Shown: in pieces, positions 40,249 to 51,027 of the stretch
Numbering within the stretch: the first letter of the stretch is position 1
Layout: each line of letters begins with the position of its first letter
Source: Verrucomicrobiia bacterium
GTDB lineage: Bacteria; Verrucomicrobiota; Verrucomicrobiia; Limisphaerales; UBA1319
Assembly (NCBI GenBank): GCA_963664225.1
Contig: OY760937.1
Coordinates: forward strand, 4,384,001-4,448,000
Direction: 5' to 3'
Length of the DNA: 64,000 nucleotides
Made by a program: the position numbers and the translations under genes
Notes under the pieces: model-generated
Seen by the model: only the letters and a program-made list of their open reading frames with translations
Databases searched by the model: none
What the model was told of the DNA's origin: nothing

Positions 40249-40955
40249 ACAAAACCGCAGTCATCACCGGGGCGGGCAGCGGCGTGGGCCGGGCCATCGC
40301 GCTCGGACTTGTGCGACAAGGCTGGCATGTGGCCATTCTTGGCCGTCACGCCAACAAGCTGGAGGAAACCCGGCGGTTGGCATTAACGCACGCGCCGCTC
40401 ATGGAAATTTTTCCGTGCGACATTACCGACGCCGTCCAGGTGAGTGCCATGGCGCAACGGGTGTTGTCGGCATTGGGAAGTGTGGAGGTGCTGGTGAATT
40501 CCGCCGGTACGAACACGCCCAAGCGTTGCCTGGCTGATTTGAGTTATGCGAATTACCGGCTGCTGGTGGAGACGAATATGACCGGCGCATATTTGTGCGC
40601 ACAGGCATTTCTGCCGGGGATGCGCGCGCGGCAATCCGGTACCATCGTGAATATTGTCTCCGACGCCGCCAAGCAAGCCAGCGCCAAGGCCGGTCCCGCC
40701 TATGTGATGTCCAAATGCGGCATGGCCGGTTTGACGCAGTCGATCAATGCGGAAGAGCGGGGGATCGGGATTCGCGCCTGCTCGATTTTTCCCGGGGACA
40801 TCGATACGCCGCTGCTGGAATTGCGGCCCGCGCCGCCGACTGCCGAAGCCCGTGAAAAAATGCTCCAGCCCGACGATGTGGCGCAGTGCGCGCTCATGGT
40901 GATTCAAATGCCCGCCCGGGTTATTGTGGAGGAAATACTGATGCGTCCCCGTTAA
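40245..40955 (+). CDS. Short-chain dehydrogenase/reductase
   Basis: TGAGSGVG, LVNSAG, YVMSK (YxxxK), PGDIDT; ATGA overlap with upstream gene. Confidence 0.93.
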   Translation: MNKTAVITGAGSGVGRAIALGLVRQGWHVAILGRHANKLEETRRLALTHAPLMEIFPCDITDAVQVSAMAQRVLSALGSVEVLVNSAGTNTPKRCLADLSYANYRLLVETNMTGAYLCAQAFLPGMRARQSGTIVNIVSDAAKQASAKAGPAYVMSKCGMAGLTQSINAEERGIGIRACSIFPGDIDTPLLELRPAPPTAEAREKMLQPDDVAQCALMVIQMPARVIVEEILMRPR

Positions 40956-40957
40956 AT

Positions 40958-41278
40958 ATGAAAGATCCGGTGGCACATTTTAAGGCCGTTCTCGAACAAT
41001 GTCCGGAGGACGAACTGGCCATGTTCAGCCTGGGCAAGGCTTGTTACGAGGCGGGCGATTACGCGGAGGCGCAGGCGAACCTGACCCGCGCGGTGGCCCT
41101 GAAAAAAGAGTGGATGGCCGCGTGGATATTGCTGGGCCAATGCGAAATAGCCATGGGACATCGCGATATTGCGCGGGAAATCTTACAAAAGGCGCACCAA
41201 CTGGCCAAGGTCCAGAATCATCGCGGACCATTGGCGGAAACCGAGCGAATGTTAACTGAGTTGGATCATGGGGCGTAG
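40958..41278 (+). CDS. Small TPR protein
   Basis: AMFSLGKACYEAGDYAEA, AAWILLGQC helical repeats. Confidence 0.8.
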   Translation: MKDPVAHFKAVLEQCPEDELAMFSLGKACYEAGDYAEAQANLTRAVALKKEWMAAWILLGQCEIAMGHRDIAREILQKAHQLAKVQNHRGPLAETERMLTELDHGA

Positions 41279-41284
41279 TCGGTT

Positions 41285-42355
41285 TTAACAAATGCGCGGC
41301 AGTTGTTCGCCGCTGAGGCGATCGATAATACGCCGGGTTCCAATGGCGCTGACGAGGGTGACGAGACCGTCCTGCTCTGTATCCACACCGCCAATCACTG
41401 TTGCCTTTGTTCCTGCCGAGTGGGCCTGAAGAATCTTTACCGCGCGGTCGGCGTCTTTAGCCGGAACGAAGGCGGTAAAACGGCCTTCATTGGCCACGTA
41501 GAGGGGATCGAGGCCGAGCATTTCACACGCGCCGCGAACCTGTTCCTCCACGGGAATGGCCCGGCTATCGATCCGCAGGCGGCAACCGGAGGATTCGGCA
41601 ATTTCGACCAGGGTTGTGGCGAGGCCGCCCCGTGTCAAATCCCGCAGGCAATGCACTTCGATGCCCGCGGCAAAGAGCGCCTCGACCATCCCATTCAAGG
41701 GCGCGCAATCGCTCACGATGCTGCTTTCAAACTGCAAGCCTTCACGTTCCGCCATGATCGCGATTCCGTGACGGCCCACATCCCCGCTGAGCACAATGGC
41801 ATCCCCGGGACGCACCCCGCCGGGGCTGATTTCGCGACCGGGCGCGACCAGTCCCACGCCGGCCGTATTAATGAAAACTCCATCCCCCTTGCCTTTGTCC
41901 ACGACCTTGGTGTCACCGGTCACCAATTGGACGCCGGCGGTTACCGCGGCGGATTTCATGGATTGCACGATCCGCCAGAGGGTTTCCATGGGCAATCCCT
42001 CCTCAAGGATGAATCCCGCGCTCAGATAAAGCGGTTTGGCGCCACACATGGCCAGGTCGTTGACCGTGCCATAAACCGCCAGTTCACCGATATTGCCACC
42101 GGGGAAAAACAATGGCTTTACCACGTAAGAATCCGTGGTGAATGCCAGGCGCATGTCCTGGATGGACAGGATTGCCCCGTCGTGACGCGATTCGAGCATG
42201 GGGTTGCTGAACGCGGGCAGGAATATTTTCTCGATCAACTGATTGGTCAATTTGCCGCCGCCACCGTGCGCCATCAAAATGTGCGGGTATTCGCTGGTGG
42301 GTATGGGACAGGCAGGGCCGGAGTCCGGAAAAAACGCGGCTGTCTTCGAATTCAT
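41285..42355 (-). CDS. hypE: Hydrogenase maturation carbamoyl dehydratase
   Basis: [42 protein letters not shown], terminal GEQLPRIC. Confidence 0.96.
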   Translation of the reverse strand: MNSKTAAFFPDSGPACPIPTSEYPHILMAHGGGGKLTNQLIEKIFLPAFSNPMLESRHDGAILSIQDMRLAFTTDSYVVKPLFFPGGNIGELAVYGTVNDLAMCGAKPLYLSAGFILEEGLPMETLWRIVQSMKSAAVTAGVQLVTGDTKVVDKGKGDGVFINTAGVGLVAPGREISPGGVRPGDAIVLSGDVGRHGIAIMAEREGLQFESSIVSDCAPLNGMVEALFAAGIEVHCLRDLTRGGLATTLVEIAESSGCRLRIDSRAIPVEEQVRGACEMLGLDPLYVANEGRFTAFVPAKDADRAVKILQAHSAGTKATVIGGVDTEQDGLVTLVSAIGTRRIIDRLSGEQLPRIC

Positions 42356-42419
42356 AGGTGCTTCATAAACAATCAAAATCGCAAATACACAACCATCAAA
42401 AGGGCGGAATAGCCGGGAG

Positions 42420-43529
42420 TCAAGCAGCGGATGGGGCGTCGCGTTTGACCTGCCTGTAGCGGAAATAGGCGGCGCAGGCGCCTTCCGAGGAAACCATGGG
42501 CGCACCCAGGGGATGTTCGGGCGTGCAGCGTGTTCCGAAGGCGCCGCAATCATGGGGTTTTATGATTCCGCGCAAGACCTGGCCAGCCATGCATTCGGGC
42601 GATTCCTCGACCTGCATGTCCGCAAGCCCGAATTTTTTCTCGGCATCAAATCCTTCATAGGGCTGTCTTAAGCCGAGGCCGCTTTGGGGAATCATACCCA
42701 CGCCCCGCCACCGGCGGTCCACCACTTCAAAGACCTCAGTAATCAATTTTTGGGCGGGAATGTTGCCTTCGCGCCGGACGAAGCGGGCATATTGGTTCTC
42801 CACCTCCACGCGCCCCTCTTCAAGCTGCTTCAGGCACAGATAAATGCCCTGCAACAAATCCAGCGGTTCGAATCCTGTCACCACGATGGGCACATGATAA
42901 TTCCGGGCAATGGGTTCATATTCTGTGAAACCCATGATGGTGCATACATGCCCGGCAGCCAGAAATCCCTGAATGCGGTTGTTTGACGAACTCAAAATAG
43001 CGTTCATGGCCGGAGGCACCAATACGTGGGAGACCAGGAGGGAGAAATTCTTCAAGCCAAGGCTATTGGCTTGGGCCACAGCCATGGCGTTGGGTGGGGC
43101 CGTGGTTTCAAAACCGACCGCAAAAAAGACCACTTCTTTGGATGGCTCCTCGCGGGCAATTTTCACCGCGTCCAATGGGGAATACACGATGCGCACATCG
43201 CCTCCGGCGGCCTTGGCACTGAGCAGATCGAGGTGTGAACCCGGCACGCGGAGCATGTCGCCGAAGGAACAGAGCACCACCTCGGGCCGCGCGGCCAGCA
43301 GAAGCGCTTTATCGATCAATTCGATGGGAGTCACGCACACTGGACAACCCGGACCATGCACCAGCGTCACACTGGCGGGCAGCAATTCATCCAATCCGTA
43401 ACGGACGATTGAATGCGTTTGACCGCCGCAGATTTCCATGATGGTCCACGGCTTGGTCACCAGCTTGCCAATGGCCTGACTGTATTTGCGGGCGCTTTCG
43501 GGATCCCGGTATTCTTCCAAATATTTCAT
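42420..43529 (-). CDS. hypD: Hydrogenase maturation protein HypD
   Basis: [27 protein letters not shown]-terminal Cys cluster, [12 protein letters not shown]. Confidence 0.96.
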   Translation of the reverse strand: MKYLEEYRDPESARKYSQAIGKLVTKPWTIMEICGGQTHSIVRYGLDELLPASVTLVHGPGCPVCVTPIELIDKALLLAARPEVVLCSFGDMLRVPGSHLDLLSAKAAGGDVRIVYSPLDAVKIAREEPSKEVVFFAVGFETTAPPNAMAVAQANSLGLKNFSLLVSHVLVPPAMNAILSSSNNRIQGFLAAGHVCTIMGFTEYEPIARNYHVPIVVTGFEPLDLLQGIYLCLKQLEEGRVEVENQYARFVRREGNIPAQKLITEVFEVVDRRWRGVGMIPQSGLGLRQPYEGFDAEKKFGLADMQVEESPECMAGQVLRGIIKPHDCGAFGTRCTPEHPLGAPMVSSEGACAAYFRYRQVKRDAPSAA

Positions 43530-43723
43530 GCGGCGGTATTTATTTCGCAATGTCTTGCGATTCGTTTGGAACCGGACTCGAATTTAGTATCCATGCCATC
43601 CCATAAACTAATCATCCACGGTGAATCCGCAAATGGAAACGACAATGGAACGACACTGCAAATTTGCCAATGGATTCAAATTCGATACTGCCAGGCAAAG
43701 AAACGGCAAGTAAGCGATTAAGG

Positions 43724-44611
43724 CTAAAAAGCGGTGAGGGTATCCAAAACCGCCTTGATCCTGGGCACCTCGTGAGTGCGAAAGACATCGGTTTTCCCCA
43801 GCGCGGCGAGCACCGCAAAAAACGGTTCCGCACACCGGACTTCCTCGCCAAAGTTCTCAAAGGCATGCGGCAGGGCTTGGCAGACAGGCCAGCCCAAGCT
43901 TCGCAAACGGAAGCTGCTGGCGAAAGTCCGCATTTGATGTCGCACCCGCGCGGCGCCGTCCTGAAGGTTGCGATAATAGAATCCCAGACCGGGATCGATC
44001 ATGATTTTGGTGACGCCCATCTTTGCGGCCAGATCAATCCGTCGCACAAAATATTCGTGCATCAGGCCCACGGGATCCTCCCCCAACTCCAGATCGCCCA
44101 CGGCGCGTACATGCTCGCCCTGCACAAAGCACAATACCACCGCCGCGTTGTGTTCAGCCACCATTTTAAGAATGGCTTCCAGATTCTCGCCGCGGGTTAA
44201 ATTCAATACGGACGCGCCCGCATTGAGGCAGTCCCGGGCCACCTCCAATTCGTAAGTCTCCACTGAGATGGGAATTCCCGCCGCGTGCAATCCCCTCACC
44301 ACAGGCAGCAATTGACCGTTTTGTTCGGTGGAGTTCTTGCGTGCGGCGTGCGCCAAAGTCGATTCCGCGCCCACATCCACAATATCGGCGCCCTGCGCGG
44401 CGAGAACCTGACCACGGCGAATTGCTGAATCCGTGGAGAGGCACACGCTCTCGCGATACCAGGAATCAGCGGAGAGATTGACCACGCCCATGATGGCGGG
44501 CTTGGAATTGAAGGCGAGAATGCGCCCGCCCACATCGAACTCACGCACCTTTGCGCCGAGAGCCTCCCGATGCGTTTGCGCCAATTCCGCGAGCCATTCC
44601 AAAGTCAACAT
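43724..44611 (-). CDS. Divergent dihydropteroate synthase-like (pterin-binding) protein
   Basis: IMGVVNLSADS, DIVDVGAEST, IDPGLGF, RTHEV; canonical SRK motif absent. Confidence 0.82.
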   Translation of the reverse strand: MLTLEWLAELAQTHREALGAKVREFDVGGRILAFNSKPAIMGVVNLSADSWYRESVCLSTDSAIRRGQVLAAQGADIVDVGAESTLAHAARKNSTEQNGQLLPVVRGLHAAGIPISVETYELEVARDCLNAGASVLNLTRGENLEAILKMVAEHNAAVVLCFVQGEHVRAVGDLELGEDPVGLMHEYFVRRIDLAAKMGVTKIMIDPGLGFYYRNLQDGAARVRHQMRTFASSFRLRSLGWPVCQALPHAFENFGEEVRCAEPFFAVLAALGKTDVFRTHEVPRIKAVLDTLTAF

Positions 44612-44672
44612 GCGCCCTCCAATTCAACATTGATTGCACGGCATTGCCATGAAGGTTACCGTGCATGAATCC

Positions 44673-45491
44673 CTATTTCTGGTACACTCGCACGAAATCG
44701 ATTTCCATGCGCTGGGGAAAGATGCTGTCGTCGATCCCCTTCTGACCGCCCCAGGCACCACCCACGGCGATGTTCAGGATCAGGTATTCGGGCATTTTAA
44801 AAGGCCAGGCGTCCTCACCGGTGCCTTCGTCCTTACAGGTGAAATATTGTTTGGAATCGACAAAGAAATCCAAACGATCGGCATGCCACTCCAGAACGTA
44901 GTCATGAAAACCTTCGTACGGTGCGGACACCTTGAGCGTGGAACCACGGCCATTGCCGCGCATGTGATTATACTTCTTCGTGTGGACGTTTGCGTGAATC
45001 GTTTCCGGTACGAATCCCACATACTCCATGATGTCGATCTCACCGCAGGCAGGCCAGCCCGCATGTTTTACATCGTTGCCCAGCATCCAGATGGCCGGCC
45101 ACATGCCGTTGCCCCGGGGGAGTTTGGCACGGACCTCGACACGTCCGGTCGTCCAACTCGCCTTGCCCCGTGTGGTCAGGCTCGCCGACGTGTAATGGCC
45201 GTTGTTAAATTCCTCCTTGCGCGCCTCAATGATCAATTTGCCATTCTCCACCCGGGCATTTTCCGAACGTGCGCGCGTGTAATACTGCTTCTCATTGTTG
45301 CGGACAAATCCCTCCTCGTAGCCCCATTTTGAAGAATCAGGCAATCCGGGTTTGTCGAATTCATCAGACCAGACCAATTTCCAGCCATTGGTCAAGACCG
45401 GTTCAGCGGCCTGCGTTGGGGTCAGAAACGCACAAGCCAGGATGGCACAACCCGCCCACTTACGAAAACAGGGAACGATGGGATTAATCAT
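44673..45491 (-). CDS. Glycoside hydrolase family 16 (laminarinase-like), exported
   Basis: WSDEF, YTSASL, WPAIWMLG, catalytic GEIDIME, NIAVGG.WGG, DFVRVYQ. Confidence 0.94.
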   Translation of the reverse strand: MINPIVPCFRKWAGCAILACAFLTPTQAAEPVLTNGWKLVWSDEFDKPGLPDSSKWGYEEGFVRNNEKQYYTRARSENARVENGKLIIEARKEEFNNGHYTSASLTTRGKASWTTGRVEVRAKLPRGNGMWPAIWMLGNDVKHAGWPACGEIDIMEYVGFVPETIHANVHTKKYNHMRGNGRGSTLKVSAPYEGFHDYVLEWHADRLDFFVDSKQYFTCKDEGTGEDAWPFKMPEYLILNIAVGGAWGGQKGIDDSIFPQRMEIDFVRVYQK

Positions 45492-45621
45492 GGCGTTGAC
45501 TTTCGGGGAATCCGGCGGCAATGCCAATCCTATTTTGCTCACTTTTTTACTTCACGCTTTGAATTGGTCTGACATATTTGCCAACTCTGACACCATGGCG
45601 GAATTAATTTTTTAAAATACA

Positions 45622-48477
45622 ATGCGCCGCACCTTTACTTGCATGCTCGTTGTCCTGATCCTTATTGTTTCAGGATGGCATTGCTCACTGTTGGCGGATA
45701 TCGCTTGCGATACCAATGCCGCTACGCACTATTTCGCAGGCAAGGAATTACGACGCTATCTTTATTTAACCACGGGCAAATTTCACACCATTACAGGAAA
45801 GTCGAATTCCGGACCCGGCGACCATTTTTACTTGGAAGTCGATAAACGGCTCGCAACGGAGGAATACGCAATTGAGACCTCGGGTAAAACAAGCGCCTTG
45901 TCGGTGCGCATTGCGGGTGGTTCAGATCGTGCGTTGTTGTATGGTGCATACAATTATGCTGAAAAACTCGGTGTGTGGTTTTCGTTATCGGGAGATGACA
46001 TCCCTTTTGAACTGGTGGAGCAATTGCCCAAGGTTAATTTGCGCGAGAAGCCTGCTTTTGCAGTGCGCGGCGTTCAATTGTTCCCTGACTTTCCGGAAGG
46101 TCCTGATTGGTGGGGAGAAACCGAATATCTGGCCTACATTGCCCAATTGCCGAAATTGCGGCTCAATTTCCTCGGGATTCATTCCTATGGCGAGAATAAC
46201 CCGACCGCTGAACCAACAGTCTGGACAGGAAAGCGCGAATCTGCGATGCAGGATGGACGTGTCAAAGCCAGTTATCCTGCTAGTTTTCATGGCACCCTGC
46301 GGGGTAAATGGGGTTACAAGCCAATGCGGACAAGCGATTACCATTGCGGCGCGGCACAATTGTTTGAAAGCGACGATTATAAAATTTGGTCGGCATCCTC
46401 TGACAACGACTTGTTCGACCAGGTGGGGCTGCAATTACGCAGGAATTTCACTCTCGCCCGGTGGTTGGGTATACAAACCTCAGTGGGCACGGATGCCCCA
46501 TTAACCATTCCGCAGACAGTAAAGGAACATTATGGAGAGGGCGTTTCCAGGGAGGAATTATATGATGGGATGTTTTATCGCATCTCCAAAGCCTACCCCA
46601 TCGATTTCTATTCGCTATGGAGTTGGGAGGCGTGGACCTGGACAAACGTGGATTCCAGCCAGGTTGCGGATACGGTTGCGGATATCAAGGCGGCAGAGCG
46701 AGCACTCGATAAGGGAGGCCACCCTTTTCAATTGTCTGTAATGGGTTGGTGCGTGGGCGCACTGCAAGACCCATTGATTTTGGATCGTGAAATCAAGGCC
46801 GAGACCGGGATTGGCAGTTTAAACCGCAATATGGGACTGATGACTGTGGATCCCATTTTTGGAAATCTCAGACACTTGAACCGCTGGGCCATAACTTGGC
46901 TTCAAGACGATGATGTTCTGACAATGCCAATGCTTTGGGCCGGACGCGCCCGCATGGATGTCGCGGAGGGGTACCAGCGCAAGTTGGAAGGCATGCTCGG
47001 AATTCACTGGCACACGAAGTGGATCAGTCCTGCAGCGAATTCTTTTGCGCGAACCCTGTGGGATTTGCCTTATCTCCAGGAACGCCACGAGGGGGCCATC
47101 GGAGGCAGTGTGTTTAAATTCAAGGACGCCATTATTAACAGTCCCCACTCCCCGGTCTATCAAAACCAGCGGCTTAACACCTACGGCTACCGGATAAAAG
47201 TGCCTTCAGGCACTTATAAAGTCACATTGCAGTTTTGCGAAATGCAGGTCAACGGACCTGATCAACGCGTCTTTGGAATCCAACTTCAAGGCCAGACCGT
47301 GGCGGATCGATTCGACATTTTCAAGGAGGCCGGACGCGCAGCCGCATTGGATCGGACTTTTACCAGCATTGTGGCAACCAACGAAGAAGTGAGCATTCGC
47401 TTCAGCCCTTTTCTGGGATTCCCATGCATTTCTGGCATCGTCGTATCGAACACCACCTCCAAATTCAGCAGAAAAATCAACTGCGGTGGTCCTCAATATT
47501 TGGATTATGAGGCCGATCAGGACAATTACGCTCCAGTGACCGACTTTTACAGGCAGTGGGCGCGGGCGGAGTTTGGGCCCGCTGAGTCCGAGAACATTGC
47601 CACCATCTTTGGCTTTGTCGACGGCTTCCAGCCGCGCATTGCGCGTTGGATCGACGGTCCGGGCAGCCTTAATCCTGACTACGAGAATTGGGAACAAAAA
47701 CGCCCGATGTATGATTTTATTGACAGCCTTGGGCAAATCAAAAATCAGCTCAAGGAGCCGTATGCCGCCCGGTTGGGATATTGGTGCGAAGTATTCAAGT
47801 ATTTTCGCAATTCGGCCCGGCTCCGATGCCTCTGGGGCGCATACAATACCTCCCTCGTCGATTACAGGAAAAACGCCGACCTGCAGACCCTTCAGGTGGC
47901 AATCCAGCTGCGTCGGCAAATGGCCCAACAAATTCAGGAAATCTACTCAAACCTCATCAGCCTTTTATCCACCACAGGCGAATTGGGCACGATATCCAAT
48001 TGGGAGCAAAACGTGCTGCCACGAGTTTGGACCGAAACCGGGGACGAGTTGGCACGATTGACAAAATCACCCCTACCGCCTCAACTCGAACTTCCCAAGG
48101 AGTATAAGGGGTCCACACGAATGATCGTACCCACGAAGCCGACAATTGCCTTCGAAGGTGTTCCTTTAAAGCTGAAGATTTGGATTTTCTCTGAAAAACC
48201 CGTTGAAACACTCGATCTATACTGGAAACCGCTCGGCCAAAAAGGATATCGCAAGGAATCTGGTCTCCATTTAAACAGGGGTGTATGGCAGGTTGTCTTT
48301 CCAAATCAGGGAGTGATGGGAGATTTGGAGTATTATCTCAAACTCAAGGTTGCGGGTGAAACACCGCAGTATGATCCACCGGATACCAAAGCCAGAGTAA
48401 TGGGGGATATTATTGTCAGGCAGAATCACTCCATCGTCAGCGTTCCCGGCGTTGCTTTCCACGAAACCACGAACTGA
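45622..48477 (+). CDS. Exported putative glycoside hydrolase with internal malectin-like domain
   Basis: Signal peptide; GH20/GH67-like N-terminal domain (ELRRYL, IAGG...LLYGAY...EKLGV, PAFAVRG); malectin-like GTYKVTLQFCE...RVFGI..QG...FDIFKEAG. Confidence 0.72.
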   Translation: MRRTFTCMLVVLILIVSGWHCSLLADIACDTNAATHYFAGKELRRYLYLTTGKFHTITGKSNSGPGDHFYLEVDKRLATEEYAIETSGKTSALSVRIAGGSDRALLYGAYNYAEKLGVWFSLSGDDIPFELVEQLPKVNLREKPAFAVRGVQLFPDFPEGPDWWGETEYLAYIAQLPKLRLNFLGIHSYGENNPTAEPTVWTGKRESAMQDGRVKASYPASFHGTLRGKWGYKPMRTSDYHCGAAQLFESDDYKIWSASSDNDLFDQVGLQLRRNFTLARWLGIQTSVGTDAPLTIPQTVKEHYGEGVSREELYDGMFYRISKAYPIDFYSLWSWEAWTWTNVDSSQVADTVADIKAAERALDKGGHPFQLSVMGWCVGALQDPLILDREIKAETGIGSLNRNMGLMTVDPIFGNLRHLNRWAITWLQDDDVLTMPMLWAGRARMDVAEGYQRKLEGMLGIHWHTKWISPAANSFARTLWDLPYLQERHEGAIGGSVFKFKDAIINSPHSPVYQNQRLNTYGYRIKVPSGTYKVTLQFCEMQVNGPDQRVFGIQLQGQTVADRFDIFKEAGRAAALDRTFTSIVATNEEVSIRFSPFLGFPCISGIVVSNTTSKFSRKINCGGPQYLDYEADQDNYAPVTDFYRQWARAEFGPAESENIATIFGFVDGFQPRIARWIDGPGSLNPDYENWEQKRPMYDFIDSLGQIKNQLKEPYAARLGYWCEVFKYFRNSARLRCLWGAYNTSLVDYRKNADLQTLQVAIQLRRQMAQQIQEIYSNLISLLSTTGELGTISNWEQNVLPRVWTETGDELARLTKSPLPPQLELPKEYKGSTRMIVPTKPTIAFEGVPLKLKIWIFSEKPVETLDLYWKPLGQKGYRKESGLHLNRGVWQVVFPNQGVMGDLEYYLKLKVAGETPQYDPPDTKARVMGDIIVRQNHSIVSVPGVAFHETTN

Positions 48478-48590
48478 GGTCCTTTATTGTTTGAAAATCT
48501 GTGGCATTTTACAGGTGCCTGCGGCGGGCGCGCCATCGTTGGATGGCCGGGTAGCAGGCGCAGAATATCAAAGTTCAATATGCGGCTGGG

Positions 48591-48830
48591 ATGAAGATAT
48601 TATTGTTTGCACAACTGAAGGATGTTTTGGGATGTTCCCAAATCGAATGTCCCCTCCAGGGACCGGTCACGCTGGACGCTTTCTGGGACCGTTTGCTCGA
48701 GGATTACCCCGCCCTGCGAGCACACCGACATACCTTGCGCGTATCGCGAAATCTCGAGTTTGTCACTTCGGACACACTCCTTTGCGAGGGGGACGAAGTC
48801 GCCTTGATTCCCCCCGTATCGGGCGGCTAG
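48591..48830 (+). CDS. moaD: Molybdopterin synthase sulfur-carrier subunit
   Basis: MKILLFAQLKD...GDEVALIPPVSGG (C-terminal Gly-Gly). Confidence 0.93.
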   Translation: MKILLFAQLKDVLGCSQIECPLQGPVTLDAFWDRLLEDYPALRAHRHTLRVSRNLEFVTSDTLLCEGDEVALIPPVSGG

Positions 48831-48832
48831 CC

Positions 48833-49294
48833 ATGAAAATTCACATTGAACTCACGCAAAATCGCATTCCAGCCGATTTTGGAGCTTCAGAGGAATGGCG
48901 CGGCAAGGCGGGCGCGTTGGTTGAGTTTTCCGGAATGGTGCGCGAGGAGGAAGACGGCCAAACAATTGCCAGTCTGGATTACGAGGCGTATTCGGCCATG
49001 GCCCTCAAATCCATGCGCGGCATTCTCGAGTCGCTTGCAAAATCTCATCACTGCCTGGAAGCGCGCGTCATGCATCGCGTCGGCACGGTGCCGACCTCCG
49101 AAGCCGCCATAAAAATCGTCCTCTGGGCACGTCACCGGACGGAAGCCTTCAGTTTGCTCGCCGCGTTCATGGACCGGCTCAAGAGCGAAGTTCCGATCTG
49201 GAAACGGGGTCCAACCGCCCTACCTCCGCAATCCCTGGAACACGAAACGTCCGGGCTAGTTTCCAACGTCACATCCCCCAGGGAACGCGCATGA
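48833..49294 (+). CDS. moaE: Molybdopterin synthase catalytic subunit
   Basis: GALVEFSGMVR, LDYEAY..MA, HRVG, HRTEAF, DRLKSEVPIWK. Confidence 0.93.
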   Translation: MKIHIELTQNRIPADFGASEEWRGKAGALVEFSGMVREEEDGQTIASLDYEAYSAMALKSMRGILESLAKSHHCLEARVMHRVGTVPTSEAAIKIVLWARHRTEAFSLLAAFMDRLKSEVPIWKRGPTALPPQSLEHETSGLVSNVTSPRERA

Positions 49295-50535
49295 GTGGCA
49301 CGCTCTCCACATTGGCTGCGGTGACGCTCGACGAAGCGCTGCAAATCATCCGGTCCAAATGCGCCGTGATTGACGTGCGGCGCGTCGTTCTTAAAGATGC
49401 ACACCGTCGCATCTTGCGGGAAAACGTTACGGCGCGCGAGGATGCCCCTCCATTCGATCGTTCAGCCGTGGATGGCTTTGCGATACGGATGAATGATCCA
49501 TCCACGCAATTTGAAGTGGTGGATGAAATACGCGCAGGCGCATGGAAACCGAGGTCTCTGGAGTTTGGACAGGCGGTGCGGATTTACACGGGCGCTCCAA
49601 TGCCCTGTCCTGAACTTACGGTTATGATGCAGGAGGAAGTGGAGGTGGAAGGAGCATCGATGCGACGGCGCGCGCATTCCGAATCTGATGAACGCCTTAT
49701 CCGCTTTCAAGGGGAGGACGCCCGGCGCGGGGCGTTATTGGTCCCCGCAGGCCTCAGGTTGGAGGCCGGTGAACTCGCCATCCTCGCCTCCGCCGGATAC
49801 GCGCATCCGCTGGTTTCACGCACACCGCTCATTCTTCATTATGTGACCGGGGATGAACTCGCCGCACCGGACAGCGCGCTGGCACCCGGCCAGATTCGCG
49901 ATTGCAACTCCGTCATGTTGCGCGCGCTCCTGGCTCAGGACGGCCTCGATGTCGCCACGGCGCGACTGCCGGAAGATTACGAGCGCTCGCTGGGCTGCCT
50001 GCGGGCGGATCTGGCAAGCGCCGCAGACGTGCTCTTGATTTCCGGAGGAGCCAGCGTGGGCACGCATGATTACACACGCCGACTACTGGAAGCGTTGGGA
50101 TTTGAAATTCATTTCGCTCAAGTCAGGGTCCGTCCAGGAAAACCAATGATCTTTGCCACGCGCGGTGCTCAAGTGGCTTTTGGCATTCCGGGCAATCCTC
50201 TCGCCCACTTTGTCTGCCATCCCCTTTTCATCCGCACCGCGCTGAATCGCATGCAGGGACTGGACGTAGTCCCGGAGTTTTGCGCCGGATTTCTGGCGAA
50301 CGCGTTGGACATCGAGCCCGGTCCGCGGGAAACTTTCTGGCCCGCGGGTCTGGAACTGACGCGGCGAGGTTTCACACTGTATCCCTTGCGCTGGCAAAGT
50401 TCCGGGGACGTTACCGTTTTAAATGGCGCGCAGGCCTTGATGCGTATTCCTTCGAACACTGGTTCGCAGCCAGAGGGGGCGGAAATTACTTTTCTACCGC
50501 TGCGCTGGCCTGGTGATTTACCGCAAGATCGATGA
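49291..50535 (+). CDS. moeA: Molybdopterin molybdenumtransferase
   Basis: PPFDRSAVDGFA, RIYTGAP, TGDEL, SGGASVG, RPGKP, PGNP. Confidence 0.94.
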   Translation: MSGTLSTLAAVTLDEALQIIRSKCAVIDVRRVVLKDAHRRILRENVTAREDAPPFDRSAVDGFAIRMNDPSTQFEVVDEIRAGAWKPRSLEFGQAVRIYTGAPMPCPELTVMMQEEVEVEGASMRRRAHSESDERLIRFQGEDARRGALLVPAGLRLEAGELAILASAGYAHPLVSRTPLILHYVTGDELAAPDSALAPGQIRDCNSVMLRALLAQDGLDVATARLPEDYERSLGCLRADLASAADVLLISGGASVGTHDYTRRLLEALGFEIHFAQVRVRPGKPMIFATRGAQVAFGIPGNPLAHFVCHPLFIRTALNRMQGLDVVPEFCAGFLANALDIEPGPRETFWPAGLELTRRGFTLYPLRWQSSGDVTVLNGAQALMRIPSNTGSQPEGAEITFLPLRWPGDLPQDR

Positions 50536-50541
50536 TTTCTC

Positions 50542-51027
50542 ATGAAAAAAGCTCAAAAAAAACCGTCATCAATAAAAGGACCCGACGCGTTTTCGCATCT
50601 GGATGAAAAAGGCGCGGCGCGCATGGTCGATGTCAGCGCCAAACCCGTGCTGTTCCGCCGGGCTGTCGCGCAAGGCAGCCTTTTATGCCAACCTGCAACC
50701 ATCCGTGCCCTGCGTGTCCAGGCCCTGCCCAAGGGCGACGTGCTCGGAGTGGCGCGCATTGCAGGGATACAGGCCGCCAAGCAAACTGCGGAACTCATCC
50801 CGCTTTGCCATATGCTTCCTCTGCGCCATGTTTCCGTCGATTTCACCATTCACCGCCGGGTGATCGGAATCACTTGCGCCGCGCAGACCGAGGCGACCAC
50901 CGGCGTGGAAATGGAGGCCCTGACCGGGGTCGCGGTGGCCGCGTTGACGCTTTATGACATGTGCAAAGCTGTGGATAAAACCATGCGCATTGAAGGCATT
51001 CACGTCGTGGAAAAAATCAAAAAATGA
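50542..51027 (+). CDS. moaC: Cyclic pyranopterin monophosphate synthase
   Basis: SHLDEKG.ARMVDVS, KGDVL, LIPLCH, TGVEMEAL, YDMCKAVD. Confidence 0.96.
   Translation: MKKAQKKPSSIKGPDAFSHLDEKGAARMVDVSAKPVLFRRAVAQGSLLCQPATIRALRVQALPKGDVLGVARIAGIQAAKQTAELIPLCHMLPLRHVSVDFTIHRRVIGITCAAQTEATTGVEMEALTGVAVAALTLYDMCKAVDKTMRIEGIHVVEKIKK

Noticed and set aside
43608..43700. hypC remnant (LCLAVS resembles the HypC start MCLAVP) upstream of hypD
   Set aside because: No start codon at that position and the following residues do not resemble HypC; probably chance.
48413..48832. Long N-terminal extension of moaE in the ORF track
   Set aside because: It overlaps moaD in another frame; the real start is the ATG at 48833, just after the moaD stop.
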